Shown here: one piece after another, positions 1 through 11,825 of the stretch
Layout: each line of letters starts with the position of its first letter
Numbering within the stretch: position 1 is the first letter of the stretch
Assembly (NCBI GenBank): GCA_964252035.1
Contig: OZ176204.1
Strand: one strand, 5' to 3'
Length of the DNA: 64,000 bases
Source: Podarcis erhardii
Taxonomy: Eukaryota
The notes under the pieces: model-generated
What the model was told of the DNA's origin: nothing
The model's database searches: none
Seen by the model: only the letters and a program-made list of their open reading frames with translations
Translations under genes and position numbers: made by a program

Positions 1-659
1 TTCTTTTTCCTGTCCCAAATGACAACTTTCATTCTCATTCTCATTCTCCCAATTTTGTTGTGGGCAGAATAGTTTGCCCTTATCTTCTACAGCCTAGACA
101 AGTTTCACTTGGGATAGATTTTCAAGCAGTCAGTCCTTCGGTTCACGAGAGTTTATTTAACAGTTAATGCTCTTGTCTGTTCAAGATCTCCTTGTGTAAA
201 GTGCTGCATAATAAATGTTTCCTTTTAGCAGGCTGGGTTTTTGTTTTGTTTTTCCCGGTATGCTTTAGTTTAAAGTGACTTGCAGCAAGCCTTAATTGAA
301 GACATTAATCTGAATTACAGACAGCAGCTGTGCTTGTCTGGAACGGTTGTTTGAGACTCACATCTTTCTTACTTTAGCAGTGCCATAGCACCAAACCTTT
401 GCCGGGTAGCCTTCCTGCCAGTCTTGAGGACAGAGCAACATTTAACTACAGCATAGAAATATGAAATAATGGTCTGACCTATTATTCATATCAGAGATCG
501 CATTAATCAGGCAGCCTGAGATGTGAGTGGATATCCCTTGGTCTTTTTGGAAGATAAATATACAAAATGGTTGATTGGTTATCTGAACACGAGCTTTTCT
601 GGGTGTGGATTTTAGAGGTCTGTGTTCAAATTCCTGGCTAGACATACAGAATAGCCTTG

Positions 660-1060
660 GGCAGTTCAGCCTTCTGCCTTAGCATTATACGTATTCCAAC
701 AAACCCAAGGTAGCTGAAACTATCAACAGAACTGTATGGAACAACCTTACATTTACAGAGCAAAATATCCTCTTGAATTATATACCCAGTACATGGAACC
801 TTACAAAAGTACAATACGAGTGGACTCTCCTTACCACAGCAAAAAGACTGATACTGATGAATTGGAAAAATAAAAATGCAGCTCCCTTCTATGATTGGAT
901 TGAAGACTTATACAAACTCACAACATTTGAACAACTTGCATATAAACACAGACTTGCCATGGACAAATTCAATTATATTTTGAATCCATTCTTACAAATA
1001 CTGTAATAGCTTAAGATCTGGTGAGGCACAATAACAACTTTGTAAAGTATAAAGTTTTGA
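660..1060 (+). mobile_element. L1/Tx1-type LINE 3' fragment (ORF2 C-terminus)
   Basis: ORF 773-1006 (TTAKRLILMNWK...FYDWIEDL...DKFNYILNPF) resembles the C-terminus of the L1 ORF2 at 12453-14546 (TAARILLAKYWK...EEWQ); boundaries approximate. Confidence 0.6.
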
Positions 1061-1099
1061 GTTCCCCCTTTATTTTCCCTTCTTCTTCTTCTTCTTCTA

Positions 1100-1222
1100 C
1101 TTGTTGTTGTTTAGTCATGTCCTACTCTTCGTGACCCCCTGGACCACAGCAAGCCCGGCACTCCTGTCTTCCACTGCCTCCCACAGTTTGGTCAAACTCA
1201 AGTTGGTAGCTTCAAGAACACT
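1100..1222 (-). mobile_element. RTE-BovB / Sauria-SINE-type 3' tail
   Basis: TTGTTGTTGTTTAGTCATGTCCTACTCTTCGTGACCCC...CTCCCACAGTTTGGTCAAACTCA matches the recalled reverse complement of the BovB 3' end with simple-repeat tail. Confidence 0.7.
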
Positions 1223-1663
1223 TGTCTGCACGGGTGCTATTTTTTTTTGTCTCATCATGTTTCATGCACATATAATTATGTACTTTTTGAACTTTCAGTA
1301 AAGAAGTCTGGGGAAAAACAAAACAAAAAAACCCTACAAACACACCCAAACATTGAAATCCTGTTGAGCTCAGTGCGATTTACTCTCAACTGCATGTTCT
1401 AGTTCCAGCTCTGGATACGGACAGAATACTGGCATAAGTTCTCACACATTCAAAGATAAGGAATTTTCAAAATGTACATTTAAGAATGTAATTTCAAATG
1501 CTTACCTTCCCCCCCCCCCAATCCTTGACACAGAAAAGGAAAATAAATATTTACGTATATGCAATCCAAATCCAGCCTGCCCTAAGACTGGACTTGGATG
1601 AGAGTGGATGAGGCTTGAATTTCCCCTCTGGCCAAAAGCTCACTGGGTGACCTCTCTGGTTGG

Positions 1664-1666
<3 letters not shown>

Positions 1667-1710
<44 letters not shown>
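1667..1710. repeat. (CT)n microsatellite inside a degraded SINE-like sequence
   Basis: Direct reading. Confidence 0.9.
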
Positions 1711-1714
<4 letters not shown>

Positions 1715-2666
1715 AGCCTACTTAAAAGGAGTGATGTGAGAGTAAAATAAGCCCGTGTTTACCACTATGATTAAGTATCTGAAACATAATGGGAGCAATC
1801 TAATACCTGCTTCACCTTTGCTGCTTTTCTGTATGTCAGTTTAACCCACATTCAGAGGTGAAATACAAATACCGTACACAGTATACACCGCGTATACACA
1901 GCGGTTCTGAGTTGTATCTATAACAGGACTTTGCTGGCTGAGCAGCTAACAAATGCACCAAATAAAGAAATACATCAACACTGTGGATGTCTGAAAACAA
2001 GCAAATGACATTTGCATGTTGACAACCCCAGACGAAATTTGTGACGGTCCAAATACTTAAAGGATGCACCAGTGAACACTGACAGCCACATAAGCTTTTG
2101 AGGGCTGTCCCAACAAATGAAGACAAACACCAGGGAATGCTAACGTTCACAAAATTTGCCCGAGATTGCCAATTTTCAGGTATGAATGTTGATATTTGCC
2201 ACAGTTTGGATACTCAAAGCATTGAGTGGTAAGGCAGTTTCCCACTACACCCTTGGCGGCGGCGGGGGGGGGGGGTAACCGCTGAGCTGAGTGATGCCCT
2301 GGGATTTCATCTTGATAGCAAAGGGATGGAAGGATTCCGTGAGATTGGCAGAAGGTTGACTGAAACTGCTGATATGCTGGAGGCAAGGTTTTCAGAAGTA
2401 TGAAAGGGTAGCAGAGAAAGAATGACAGTGTTGGCTCTGAGAAGGAAGGCTCAAGAAGGATACAAGCACCTTTCTAAATAACCAGCGGTGGTCAGTGGGT
2501 GTGGTAGTCCCTGCTCCTTCCTAAGACAAATTTTGTGGCTTGGATGCAAGGGCCAAGAGAAGAATGAAAGCAAGGGTGTGCTACTTAATAGCACATGAGC
2601 AGAAACTAACGACTTGGGAATGGCTCCTGTGTTTAATCAGCAATATGCACATGAAAAACACATATA

Positions 2667-2924
2667 CAGTGGTACCTCGGGTTACAGACGCTTCAGGTTA
2701 CAGATGCTTCAGGTTACAGACGTTTCAGGTTACAGACTCTGCTAACCCAGAAATAGTACCTTGGGTTAAGAACTTTGCTTCAGGATGAGAACAGAAATCG
2801 TGCTCTGGCGGCGTGGAAACAGCAGGAGGGCCCATTAGCTAAAGTGGTACTTCATGTTAAAAACAGTTTCAGGTTAAGAACAGACCTCCAGAACGAATTA
2901 AGTTCTTAACCCGAGGTACCACTG
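2667..2924. mobile_element. Tigger/pogo-like (Tc1/mariner superfamily) MITE, family 1
   Basis: TIRs CAGTGGTACCTCGGGTTA...TAACCCGAGGTACCACTG, TA duplication on both sides, internal ~15-16-bp tandem units (CTTCAGGTTACAGA). Confidence 0.9.
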
Positions 2925-3458
2925 TACATATTTTACAATACTGCATTAACAGAGTAGCCAGGAACCACAGTCCTAAGTCCAACTGACAGGTATGTGTATG
3001 TAACTCTTTTATTTAAAAGCATATGCAAAGGGAAGGGAAGGGAGAGTTGGCTACAGACATTTCTATTTTGGAAGCAGAGTTCCTCATTGATTCTTACGGG
3101 AAGTTCTACTTAATAATCAATGGAACAATTTAGACCAGGATGTGAAGAGAGCTTCACTTGCCATTTCCTGACCTTATAAGCAAAAAGTCACTAGTGCATG
3201 GTGTGTGGGTAATTGTGTTGTTGTATAAATATTCAGACCACTGTAAATATAGGGCCTTTATTCAAGGAAGCAGTGAAGCTAGATGCTTAGAACAGAATGC
3301 ATTTTTGGTTCTTTCATTTCACCCATGTGGCTCTGTGGTCTGATCCACTCCATCCCCACAGCTGCTTTTCACTGTGGAAACTTACTGCTGGGATTCCCTC
3401 CCCATCCCAGATATTTATCACAACATCTTTTTTGTCTAAAACCAAAGTAAATCCTTAC

Positions 3459-3532
3459 CTTTCCTTTTTAGATAAGACACTGTGTGCTTCATTACTGGTG
3501 GGATTAATTCGCCTTTGTTTTTAGCTTTGAGA
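3459..3532 (-). CDS. ARHGAP8: ARHGAP8 coding exon (human exon 8 equivalent; start of RhoGAP domain)
   Basis: ccaacag|T...AAAG|gtaagg, 74 nt; (Y)LKAKNKGELIPPVMKHTVSYLKRK(G) vs human [26 protein letters not shown]. Confidence 0.93.
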
Positions 3533-4745
3533 CTGTTGGAGGAAAGAAAAACAAATCTGAACAAGTTTTCTCACAGGGTTTCCATACCATTTTCTTACAG
3601 GGACAGCTCATATTTGAATCAGCTGATTACTGCAGCATTGCGTCCTGAGTGAATAAGCCATCTCAAATAAATTACAAATGAATGAAAATTCAGAGCATTT
3701 CCAAGCACCATGCTGCTCAATGGAGTCTGTTCACACGCTCAGCTGTGACTCAGCAAGCGATGAGTAATCAAACTATAACCCAGCTCATCATTGAGATGTT
3801 CCTGATCCTTTCTGTAGTATCCAGATACCAGGAACATTTCTGTAATTAACTAATCTTGTATTCCGCAGGGGTCCATAAACGTCCTTCCAAGAAAGCAAAT
3901 CTTTACTACCACCTTGCGGTAAAAAAGAATGAATAGGAAGGAAAGGGGTTTTTATCCAGTGTGGCAGTCCTAGATGAAGACAGAGGTAAGCCCCCTCATC
4001 AGTGATGGATTTCTGTGGGTGATCCAAACCTGCAAAAAAGCATCTGTTTTCTGGTTCTTTACAATAAAAAGAAATTTGGTTCTGTGTAAGGAAGGCAGGG
4101 GCAGATCTACCTTGAAACTAATGAAGCTTAAGCTTCAGAGCCCCAGAAGTGACTTTGTTCCACATTGTTTACAAATGTTGGGTCTAGTAGACCCAGTTAG
4201 TTGCATGACTCAATTTGATAGGTTCCTCAGCAGATAAGTCCATGTGGAAAGGATGCTTTCAGGATCTGGCAATGTGGCATCAAAGCCAGGAACCCAATCC
4301 AAACACAGTCTGAAATCCAGTTAGGCCAGACCAGTTCCAAAGTCAGCTGGGGTTGGTCCACACATAATTAACAAAATGTACTAGTGTAAAAATGATTTTG
4401 CCTCACATACAAATGCATGGGATTTCTCATTCCTATAGATTGTATTCTACAGATTACTGAATGATTTCATTCAGTATGTAGTCATTTCACAATAATTAAG
4501 AACAGGCTTCCTTATCCTTCCTTTCTTTAACGTCTCAAAAATAAATCTGTTTCTGAGAAACCGTAGACCATGAATGTTCTGAGTTCTCTGTTGTAATGTA
4601 GGCACTCATAACTGAAGGAGTTTTAAGCATTGTGAGGAAGAGAGACTGAGAAAGAGAACAAAGAAACACATGGCGACTCATCCAGATTGAGTAAAAAGAA
4701 AACTCCTTTTTTCCAACCACATGTGAAAGAAATTGTGTGGCTTAC

Positions 4746-4856
4746 TATTGGAGGCTGACACCAAACTGCTGGGTTGGAAGAGGGGGTCTTGGTGGAGGGA
4801 TCTTCACTGCAGTAAGTGGCTTTTTCTTTTGTTTAGTCCGAAGATTTTCATCATGT
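4746..4856 (-). CDS. ARHGAP8: ARHGAP8 coding exon (exon 7 equivalent; proline-rich linker)
   Basis: ccactag|A...CAATA|gtaag, 111 nt; HDENLRTKQKKKPLTAVKIPPPRPPLPTQQFGVSLQ(Y). Confidence 0.95.
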
Positions 4857-5222
4857 CTAGTGGAGAAAAGTACACATAATATTCAAGAATGATGTTTGAA
4901 TCGTTCATGTTTCTCAAGAAAAACTTACAAAGATGTATAACAAGTTCTAGAAGTTCAATCACATTGAAATCTTAATTTCAGACTGCAATCTCTTCACAGA
5001 ATATTAAAACATAAAATATCAACAAAATGTACCACTTGCTATTCTCAATTCCGCACTTGCTGGAGTACACTTCATCTTATCCGATAGCTGACATCACTTG
5101 GTATTCTTCTGTATTGCACCAATATGGAATACCTTAACATTGCTGTTTATCTTCAGGTTAGGGTTTTTATTTTTTGTTTAAAGAACATATTTTAAGGAAT
5201 ATTTGTGAGACACACCTTAGAT

Positions 5223-5433
5223 TAGGGCTGCCATATTTCAAAAGTGAAAATCTCTGGACACCAAAGTTGTTGAGCTTTTTTTGATTTTAATCTCAACAAA
5301 AAAATGAAACTTCTGACATGGGTTGCCATACGTCCAGATTTTCCTGGACATTGAAGAGATTCCTGCCCAGACACTGTTTCTGATGGCCGAATCCCAGTTA
5401 TGTCTGGGAAATTCTGTACGTATGGTAACCCTA
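5223..5433. mobile_element. hAT-type MITE
   Basis: Ends TAGGGCTGCCA / TGGTAACCCTA; perfect 8-bp TSD CCTTAGAT at 5215-5222 and 5434-5441. Confidence 0.85.
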
Positions 5434-5568
5434 CCTTAGATGAGATTAACCACCTAAAGCATGCAAAAGTGCAGCCATATTGGGTCTATATGGATTCAAG
5501 GCCTAGGTGAATTCTGCTAGAACACTTTTCTCATGGGTACTTCAGGTCTAAATAATGTTTTTGTTTTA

Positions 5569-5810
5569 CAGTGGTACCTTGGGTTACATACTGTTCAGGT
5601 TACATATGCTTCAGGTTACAGACTCCGCTAACCCAGAAATAGTACCTCGGGTTAAGAACTTTGCTTCAGGATGAGAACAGAAATCGTGCTCCGGCGGCGC
5701 AGTGGCAGCAGGAGGCCCCATTAGCTAAAGTGGTGCTTCAGGTTAAGAACAGTTTCAGGTTAAGTATGGACCTCAGGAATGAATTAAGTACTTAACCCGA
5801 GGTACCACTG
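5569..5810. mobile_element. Tigger/pogo-like MITE, family 1 (second copy, same orientation as 2667-2924)
   Basis: Same TIRs and body, TA TSD, one fewer internal tandem unit. Confidence 0.9.
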
Positions 5811-7468
5811 TAGTTTGAAAGCTGCAGCAATAATGCTGGAATCTTGGTTCTCGCAATGACCTTGAGGAGGGAGGGTGTTGTATTTTGCCTGTTTATTTTG
5901 ACATCCATTGCCATGAGCTCTTTTAAAGGGGGGAAGATCTATAAATATTCTGAGTCAATAAAAATAAAAATAAATAAATAAATGCCTTTAGCCCTTTAAG
6001 ATCATGAGAAAGAGAGCACCAGGAATGCAACAGGACAACGGTGTCCTGCTTCTCTGGTTGTATGGCAACTGTGTGTGTCCTGCCCTCCCTCTTTTCTGTC
6101 ATTAAAGCTACACAAGAGTAAGATGAGAAAGAATTTAAGAAGAGCCCTGCTAGATCAGACAAAAGCCGCATCTCCTCCATCATCCTGTACTCAGGGTGAC
6201 CCACCAGCTGCCCACAAGCAGGATATGAGCACAACAGCTGGTGCTCTTCAGGAACTGATATTCAGAAGCATATTGCCATTGATCCTGGAGGTAAGGATTA
6301 GAGGCCACTGATAGCCCCCATCCTTTAAAAGCCATCCTGGTTGTCCACCATAATCACATCTTGCAGGAGCAAATTATTTTGTTTAACTAGGCTTATCTAG
6401 TCAGCTTGTGCATCTTGGTTCAGAGACTTCTAGTGCTGGATTAAACCCTGTGGAGGCCCCAAGGCAGACAAAATCTTGGGGCGGGGGGCTGCCAAATTAT
6501 CTCCTGATATATTTTTGTAATTTTCTGTCAATATCAAATCAATATTCTTTGGGTTTTTTGTCACAGGGCCCCTAAAACGCTGGTGCCTACTCTGGCAACC
6601 CGGCACTGGAGGCTTCTAACATCAATACATTCCAACTCTCCTCCAAATGCAGTACCATGGCAGGGACTTCCGGGTTAGCGCCATCGTTTAATGGCGGATT
6701 CCCTCCGAGCTCCGGAGGGAATCGGCTCTGCAGGATCGGGTCTTGTCCGTGGCGGCGACGCGGAGACCCCTAAAAATCACAGGCGCGGATGCCTGTGAAC
6801 CTGGTGACTCGGCGGGCACCATTTGCGCCCCCCCCAAACTGTGAAGGAGCCTTTTTAAAGGCTTCGGAACAGGGACAGGGTGCGGCGCGGTGCTGTGAGT
6901 TCTCTGCTCCTCCTGCGGAGTGAAGCCGCAAGCCATTGACGGAGAGCGCTGACTTTTTCCTTGGAACGATTGGATTCTAAAGTAAAAAACCCGTGAGTAA
7001 TATGGAATTCGGAATCTAAAGAAAAAATCTTTTTTGAATTAGGAACGAGCGGGGAAGGGTTAAAAAGGAAGTCTGCCCCCCCCCCCCGGTAGATAACTTA
7101 AAGCAAAGAACTTGCCATCTAAGGTCGAGAGGACCTTTTTAAAAGACTTTAACCCTCACGCTTTGACATTATAAGAAATTTTACCGGAGGATAAAAGCTT
7201 AATTGTGGGAGCTGAAGTTTCACCCCCCCCGGACCCGGGAGTGTCCCGCGAGAGAGCCTGCTGATGAAGTATTGAGGACTTTGACAGCTGTCAAATTGGC
7301 TGTCAGAGGGAAAAAGAGAACTTTGTTTCTGTTTGCTTCTGCTGGTTATACTTGTTACAATTTGTTGAAAATAAGGAAGGACTGTTACAATAAATTGGCT
7401 ATTGGACTTGAGCTGAAAAACATTAACAAACTAAAATCCCCCTAGAGGGGGTTTAGGACATTACAACA

Positions 7469-8263
7469 ATGGCTGGAGATGGGAGACTTCAGACTGAATT
7501 GGAAAGAACATTTGTTCTCTTGGGAAAATTACAAGGGGAAATTGATGTTTTGGCTACAAGTGTTACAACTCTGGTTTCAGCAGCAAACAATGTTGTCGAA
7601 GTTGATAAGGACTTGGAGCATGGAGCTTATACAATTGAGCAAATAGGGAAACTTGAATGTTTTGAGAATATGGAAGAGGAGATATGTGCTGTTTCTGAAG
7701 AGAAGGAAGGAGGAGCTGTAACCTCCCAGATGTCAAATGAGAGCTATAATTTGTGGCCTAACATGAAGGCAATAAAGGAAAATAACAAATTGAAGCGGAA
7801 AGCCTGGCCTGAATTGGTGAGCCTGAAATTGAGAGATACCCTTTTGTGGAGTTCTGAAGACAGAAGGATTACAAATTTGATCAAAACAAAACAAATTCCT
7901 TCCAGTAGCACCTTAAAGACCAACTAAGTCAGTTCTTGGTATGAGCTTTCGTGTGCATGCACACGAAAGCTCATACCAAGAACTGACTTAGTTGGTCTTT
8001 AAGGTGCTACTGGAAGGAATTTGTTTTGTTTTGACTATGGCAGACCAACACGGCTACCTATCTGAAATTTGATCAAGGCGGAAATCGGAGCTTTGGGGAC
8101 ATTTGGACTTGAAAGGAGTATGTTGGGGTACCTTATACGTTCTTTTTTTAAGTATGGAGGGCTGGCTGGGAAAAACACGGATCCTGATGGGCCGAAGCCT
8201 TTCCGAAATCTGGGGTTAAGGACTATCAAAAAGGCCAGCAGAGAGGAACTGAAAGAGATTTAA
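7469..8263 (+). pseudogene. Orphan 200-aa ORF of the 2.1-kb element, interrupted by a Penelope-like insert
   Basis: ORF 7469-7884 (…RRITNLIK) and ORF 8069-8263 (IKAEIG…) join in frame when 7885-8076 (insert plus one TSD) is removed: 603 nt. Confidence 0.7.
7885..8064 (+). mobile_element. Penelope-like element (PLE) 3' fragment with fold-back palindrome
   Basis: GTTGGTCTTTAAGGTGCTACTGG...CAGACCAACACGGCTACC is typical of recalled reptile Penelope termini; 12-bp TSD AAATTTGATCAA (7873-7884, 8065-8076); perfect 154-bp palindrome 7881-8034. Confidence 0.8.
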
Positions 8264-9711
8264 AAGCCTCGGATGTGAGATCTCCAGGCTAGACAAGTTA
8301 TTGAATTGATGAACACTTGTTGGGGACGGTAACCGGGAAAGGGGTGGGTAGAGTCTGGGAATCCAAAGGGTATATAATTATAACTTGTTTTATTTTTACT
8401 CTGCTTTGTTACTTGTTTGGAACTGGGGAAAGTCGTGGAAGGGAAATTTTGGTCGACTTTAGGAAAAATGATGAAGAATGAGTAATGATGTTTAAGTATC
8501 TGATGTTTAAATTTGGATATAAGGATCTGCTGTATTGACAACTTAAATTGGAATACAAGAAGGGGAGGTGAGAGGAGGTCTGAGAAATAAGTTAACGGAA
8601 ATAAGTAATGGTAATTGTATCTGTTTTAATTTTGTATTTTTGTATTTTTGTTATTTTTTGTCTTTTTTCTTTTCTTTTTGTTTTTGTATTAATTGTGAAA
8701 AATTAATAAGAACTAAGTCAGTTCTTGGTATTTTGTATTAATTGTGAAAAACTTAATAAATATATTTTTTTAAAAAACCAAAACCAAATGCAGTACCATG
8801 GCAGCTGCAACTGCAATTCTTAGCACTCTTTGACTCTATTCCTCTGACTTTATGCCCTTCATACACCTCACACTTTTGAACATCAAGAAGAGTGAATCTC
8901 TGGACTGCACATGGCTCTCTCATTTCCTCAGTTGTGGGAGGTCAGCTTCTGGGCAGAAAACCTGGGAAGGTGACCACTGTGCAAGGCTGGACCAAAGGGC
9001 CATATCATACACCGCCAGTGTTTAAGTGGACAGCTAAGATACTGTACACATACATTTGAATATTTAAAGTCGTAACAACAAGCATGCATGGGCATACTTG
9101 TATTTACAAATACACTTAGCGTACATAGACACAACGCTTGCTAGGGAACCAGATTGGCAGCCTCTGTTTGCAAAACAGCTCTGAGTTAAAATCGTAATTC
9201 TGTCACTTTTACAAGATGGAAGTATAACTCCTCCTGTACATTAACTGCATGGTTATTTATTAAGCAGGGAGGCATATATGAACGTTTAATTGTTATATAT
9301 TTACATACTGGTGTACAAAACCCATTTATATAACAGCAGCACCAGTACATTTTGTTTTGTTTTATTGCTATGGCTAGTGGCTGATGCAAATAAAGATTCT
9401 TCTGATCTGATCTGCAACACCAGCTTCTGTCAGTCAACCAAAGTATGTAAAATACTGTCATGAAGCATTTTATAGCTACTTCCCTCATCCGGAGATTCAA
9501 AGTACTTTAAGGAAAATAACAGTGGCTGCAACTGGGAGTTCTGGTGACATGAGAATTGCTGGAACACTCCACTGGTAATCTATTGAGGCTTCTGGCCTTT
9601 ATGGCTGGATAGGCTTGAAAGCGTGAGCAATCCCTGCTGAAAAACCAGAAGTCAGAGAAGAAGCTGGTTGCCAGTGGTTTAAGGCAGGGGTTTAGTGTGC
9701 TCTGCAACTCC

Positions 9712-10155
9712 CCTACAAGGAAAAGTTGCTGCATTTTGGACTTTTTAGTTTAGAGAGAAGACAAGTCAGAGGTGACAGGATAGAAGTTTATAAAACTATG
9801 CATGGCATAGTGAGAGTGGTTAGAGGAAAGTCATTAGCATTAGAACTTGTGAAGCTGATGGCTGGAAGATTCAGGACAGATAAAATAAAGTATTTCTTCA
9901 CCCAGTGCAGTGTTGAACTAATGGAAGATAAGGCTGTCCACAGCTACTAGCCACGGTGGCTATGTTCTGCCTCCAGGGTCAGAACCATTATACGTCTGAG
10001 CACCAGTTGCTAGCGACTGCAGGTGCGCAGAGTACTGTCATGCTCATGCCCTGCTTGTGGGCCCCCCAGAGGCATCCATCCGGTCAGCCATTGCAAGAAC
10101 AGGATGCTGGACTAAATGGGCCATTGGTCTGATCCAGCAGGCTCATCTTACATTC
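9712..10155 (+). mobile_element. CR1 LINE 3' fragment
   Basis: ORF 9726-9950 LGLFSLERRQVRGDRIEVYKTMHG…GRFRTDKIKYFFTQ is the CR1 ORF2 C-terminus; boundaries approximate. Confidence 0.8.
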
Positions 10156-10604
10156 ATATGTTATCATAATGAAGTAAAATAAGTAAAGTAGGAACACATT
10201 TCACATAATGTTCACATAATTTGAAGAAGTTGCAAAAACCAGCTTTTCTCGGTGCACAGTTTGGATTACTGGAGGCAGAATTTCCTTTTCCTTTTCAACG
10301 CAGAATAAATACAGCCCAAATGAAATTCTGCTGCATAACTTACAAGGCTGGTCCACGTGTAACCCCTGCAGATACCTATTTACTTTCTCTGTGGTGAATC
10401 ATTCAACATTTCTTAGATGTTATTACTGGTGACAATGCACTTTGTACGATAACATGTAGCCAAGTTTGATCAGGTATATCAAACATTTAATCAGACAGAA
10501 ATTTAGTGAAGTTGTCTGAAAAAGGAAAACAATTTAATATAAGACCTTTCCCCCCCCTTTTTTAAAAGAAGAACCTTAAGGACTGTTTTGAACGTGTTAC
10601 ATAC

Positions 10605-10703
10605 CGAATAACTTCTTGAGGGATCTTAAGTTGGTCGTATTTAAGATGGTCTCTTAGGTCACTCAGGTAATTCAGATAGATTACCTTTTTTCCAAACTTG
10701 TGA
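10605..10703 (-). CDS. ARHGAP8: ARHGAP8 coding exon (exon 6 equivalent; end of BCH domain)
   Basis: atttttag|T...ATTCG|gtatgt, 99 nt; [32 protein letters not shown](R). Confidence 0.95.
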
Positions 10704-11825
10704 CTAAAAATATAAGAAAATTTATACAAACACAGGAATTAGGAATATTTCCTGAAAGTGTTACTTTAATATTATGAAACCTAAAAGTCAGCGTGAGTGC
10801 CCAAAGTGGACTATGATTAAAGCAGCCAAGGCACAAGATGCGTTCATTTTCATTTGATCAAACATAAAGATACCATGCTTGAGTCTAATTTGAATAAAAA
10901 TGACTGTCTTCCATCCTAATATAACTGCTATTTGCATAGATATAGAAACCATTGTTTTGAGAGGGAAACAAAAACCTTTATTTTAATGCAGCATAAAAAA
11001 TGTATGGAAAGAGTATGTTCTGTTAAGCTTTCTATGTCAATAGTTAAGTGAAAAAAAATAGACCTTATTGCTGGCAAAGCAATTTGTGCCTTGCTTTATA
11101 TGGAAAGATTAAATTGTATGGCAGCAGTTTCCATAGGTCCAATTCTTCACTGCCTTGACAGAATGGAAACCCCCTTCCTGCTCCTGCTAATATCTGGATG
11201 TAGGTGTCAGTGTTGGCTGTGTAGTTTCTATTCTGCTACAGCTCGGATTCCAATGCAAACCAATTAATGTTGCTATTATTAGGATATTCCACACTATTCT
11301 TTTCAATGCAAAGGAAACCCAATGCAAATTAGGGGGGAGGGGAATTACCAATTATATATCATTTGTGGAATGAAAACAGCAATGAATATTCACTGGATTG
11401 ATTTCTGTTCCAGATGCATGATGAATAAGTAAACACTGGGAATTTCCACTCCCATTTCCATTGGAATTCTCTGACAATCCCACATGTGTTGCAGGAATAA
11501 TTTGATGTTGTTGTTTTTCTGGCGAGAACTTTGATCCCTACAAAGGGCTACACTTCCCAAGCAGAAATGATCTTATCTGCCCCTTCCACATGGTTCCTGC
11601 AGTCAGAGGGGCATGGGAAAGAAGCTTGGAAGCTTTTCCCGTATTGCTGTGATAGCATACACTACAGACAAACTTGATGAAGCACTAAAGAGTCTTCTCT
11701 CTTTTTTAAAGATAGTGTCAGAAGCAGTTCGTCCAATATTCAACGGGAGTGAGCTGAAATTGTTCCAAGAAAGATGATTAAGGGTCTGGAAACCAAGTCT
11801 TATGAGGAACAGTTGAGAGAGATGG

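Larger units (their letters stand above)
6664..8783 (+). mobile_element. 2.1-kb L1-like non-autonomous retroelement (5' UTR + single ORF + L1-type 3' tail)
   Basis: 21-bp TSD CCAAATGCAGTACCATGGCAG (6643-6663, 8784-8804); CpG-rich 5' end GGACTTCCGG...CGCCAT; AATAAA + A-rich tail; no RT or endonuclease motifs. Confidence 0.85.

Noticed and set aside
1-3458. Next ARHGAP8 exon (GLRxEGLFRRSAS…)
   Set aside because: Searched by eye on the minus strand and not found; presumably lies beyond the window start
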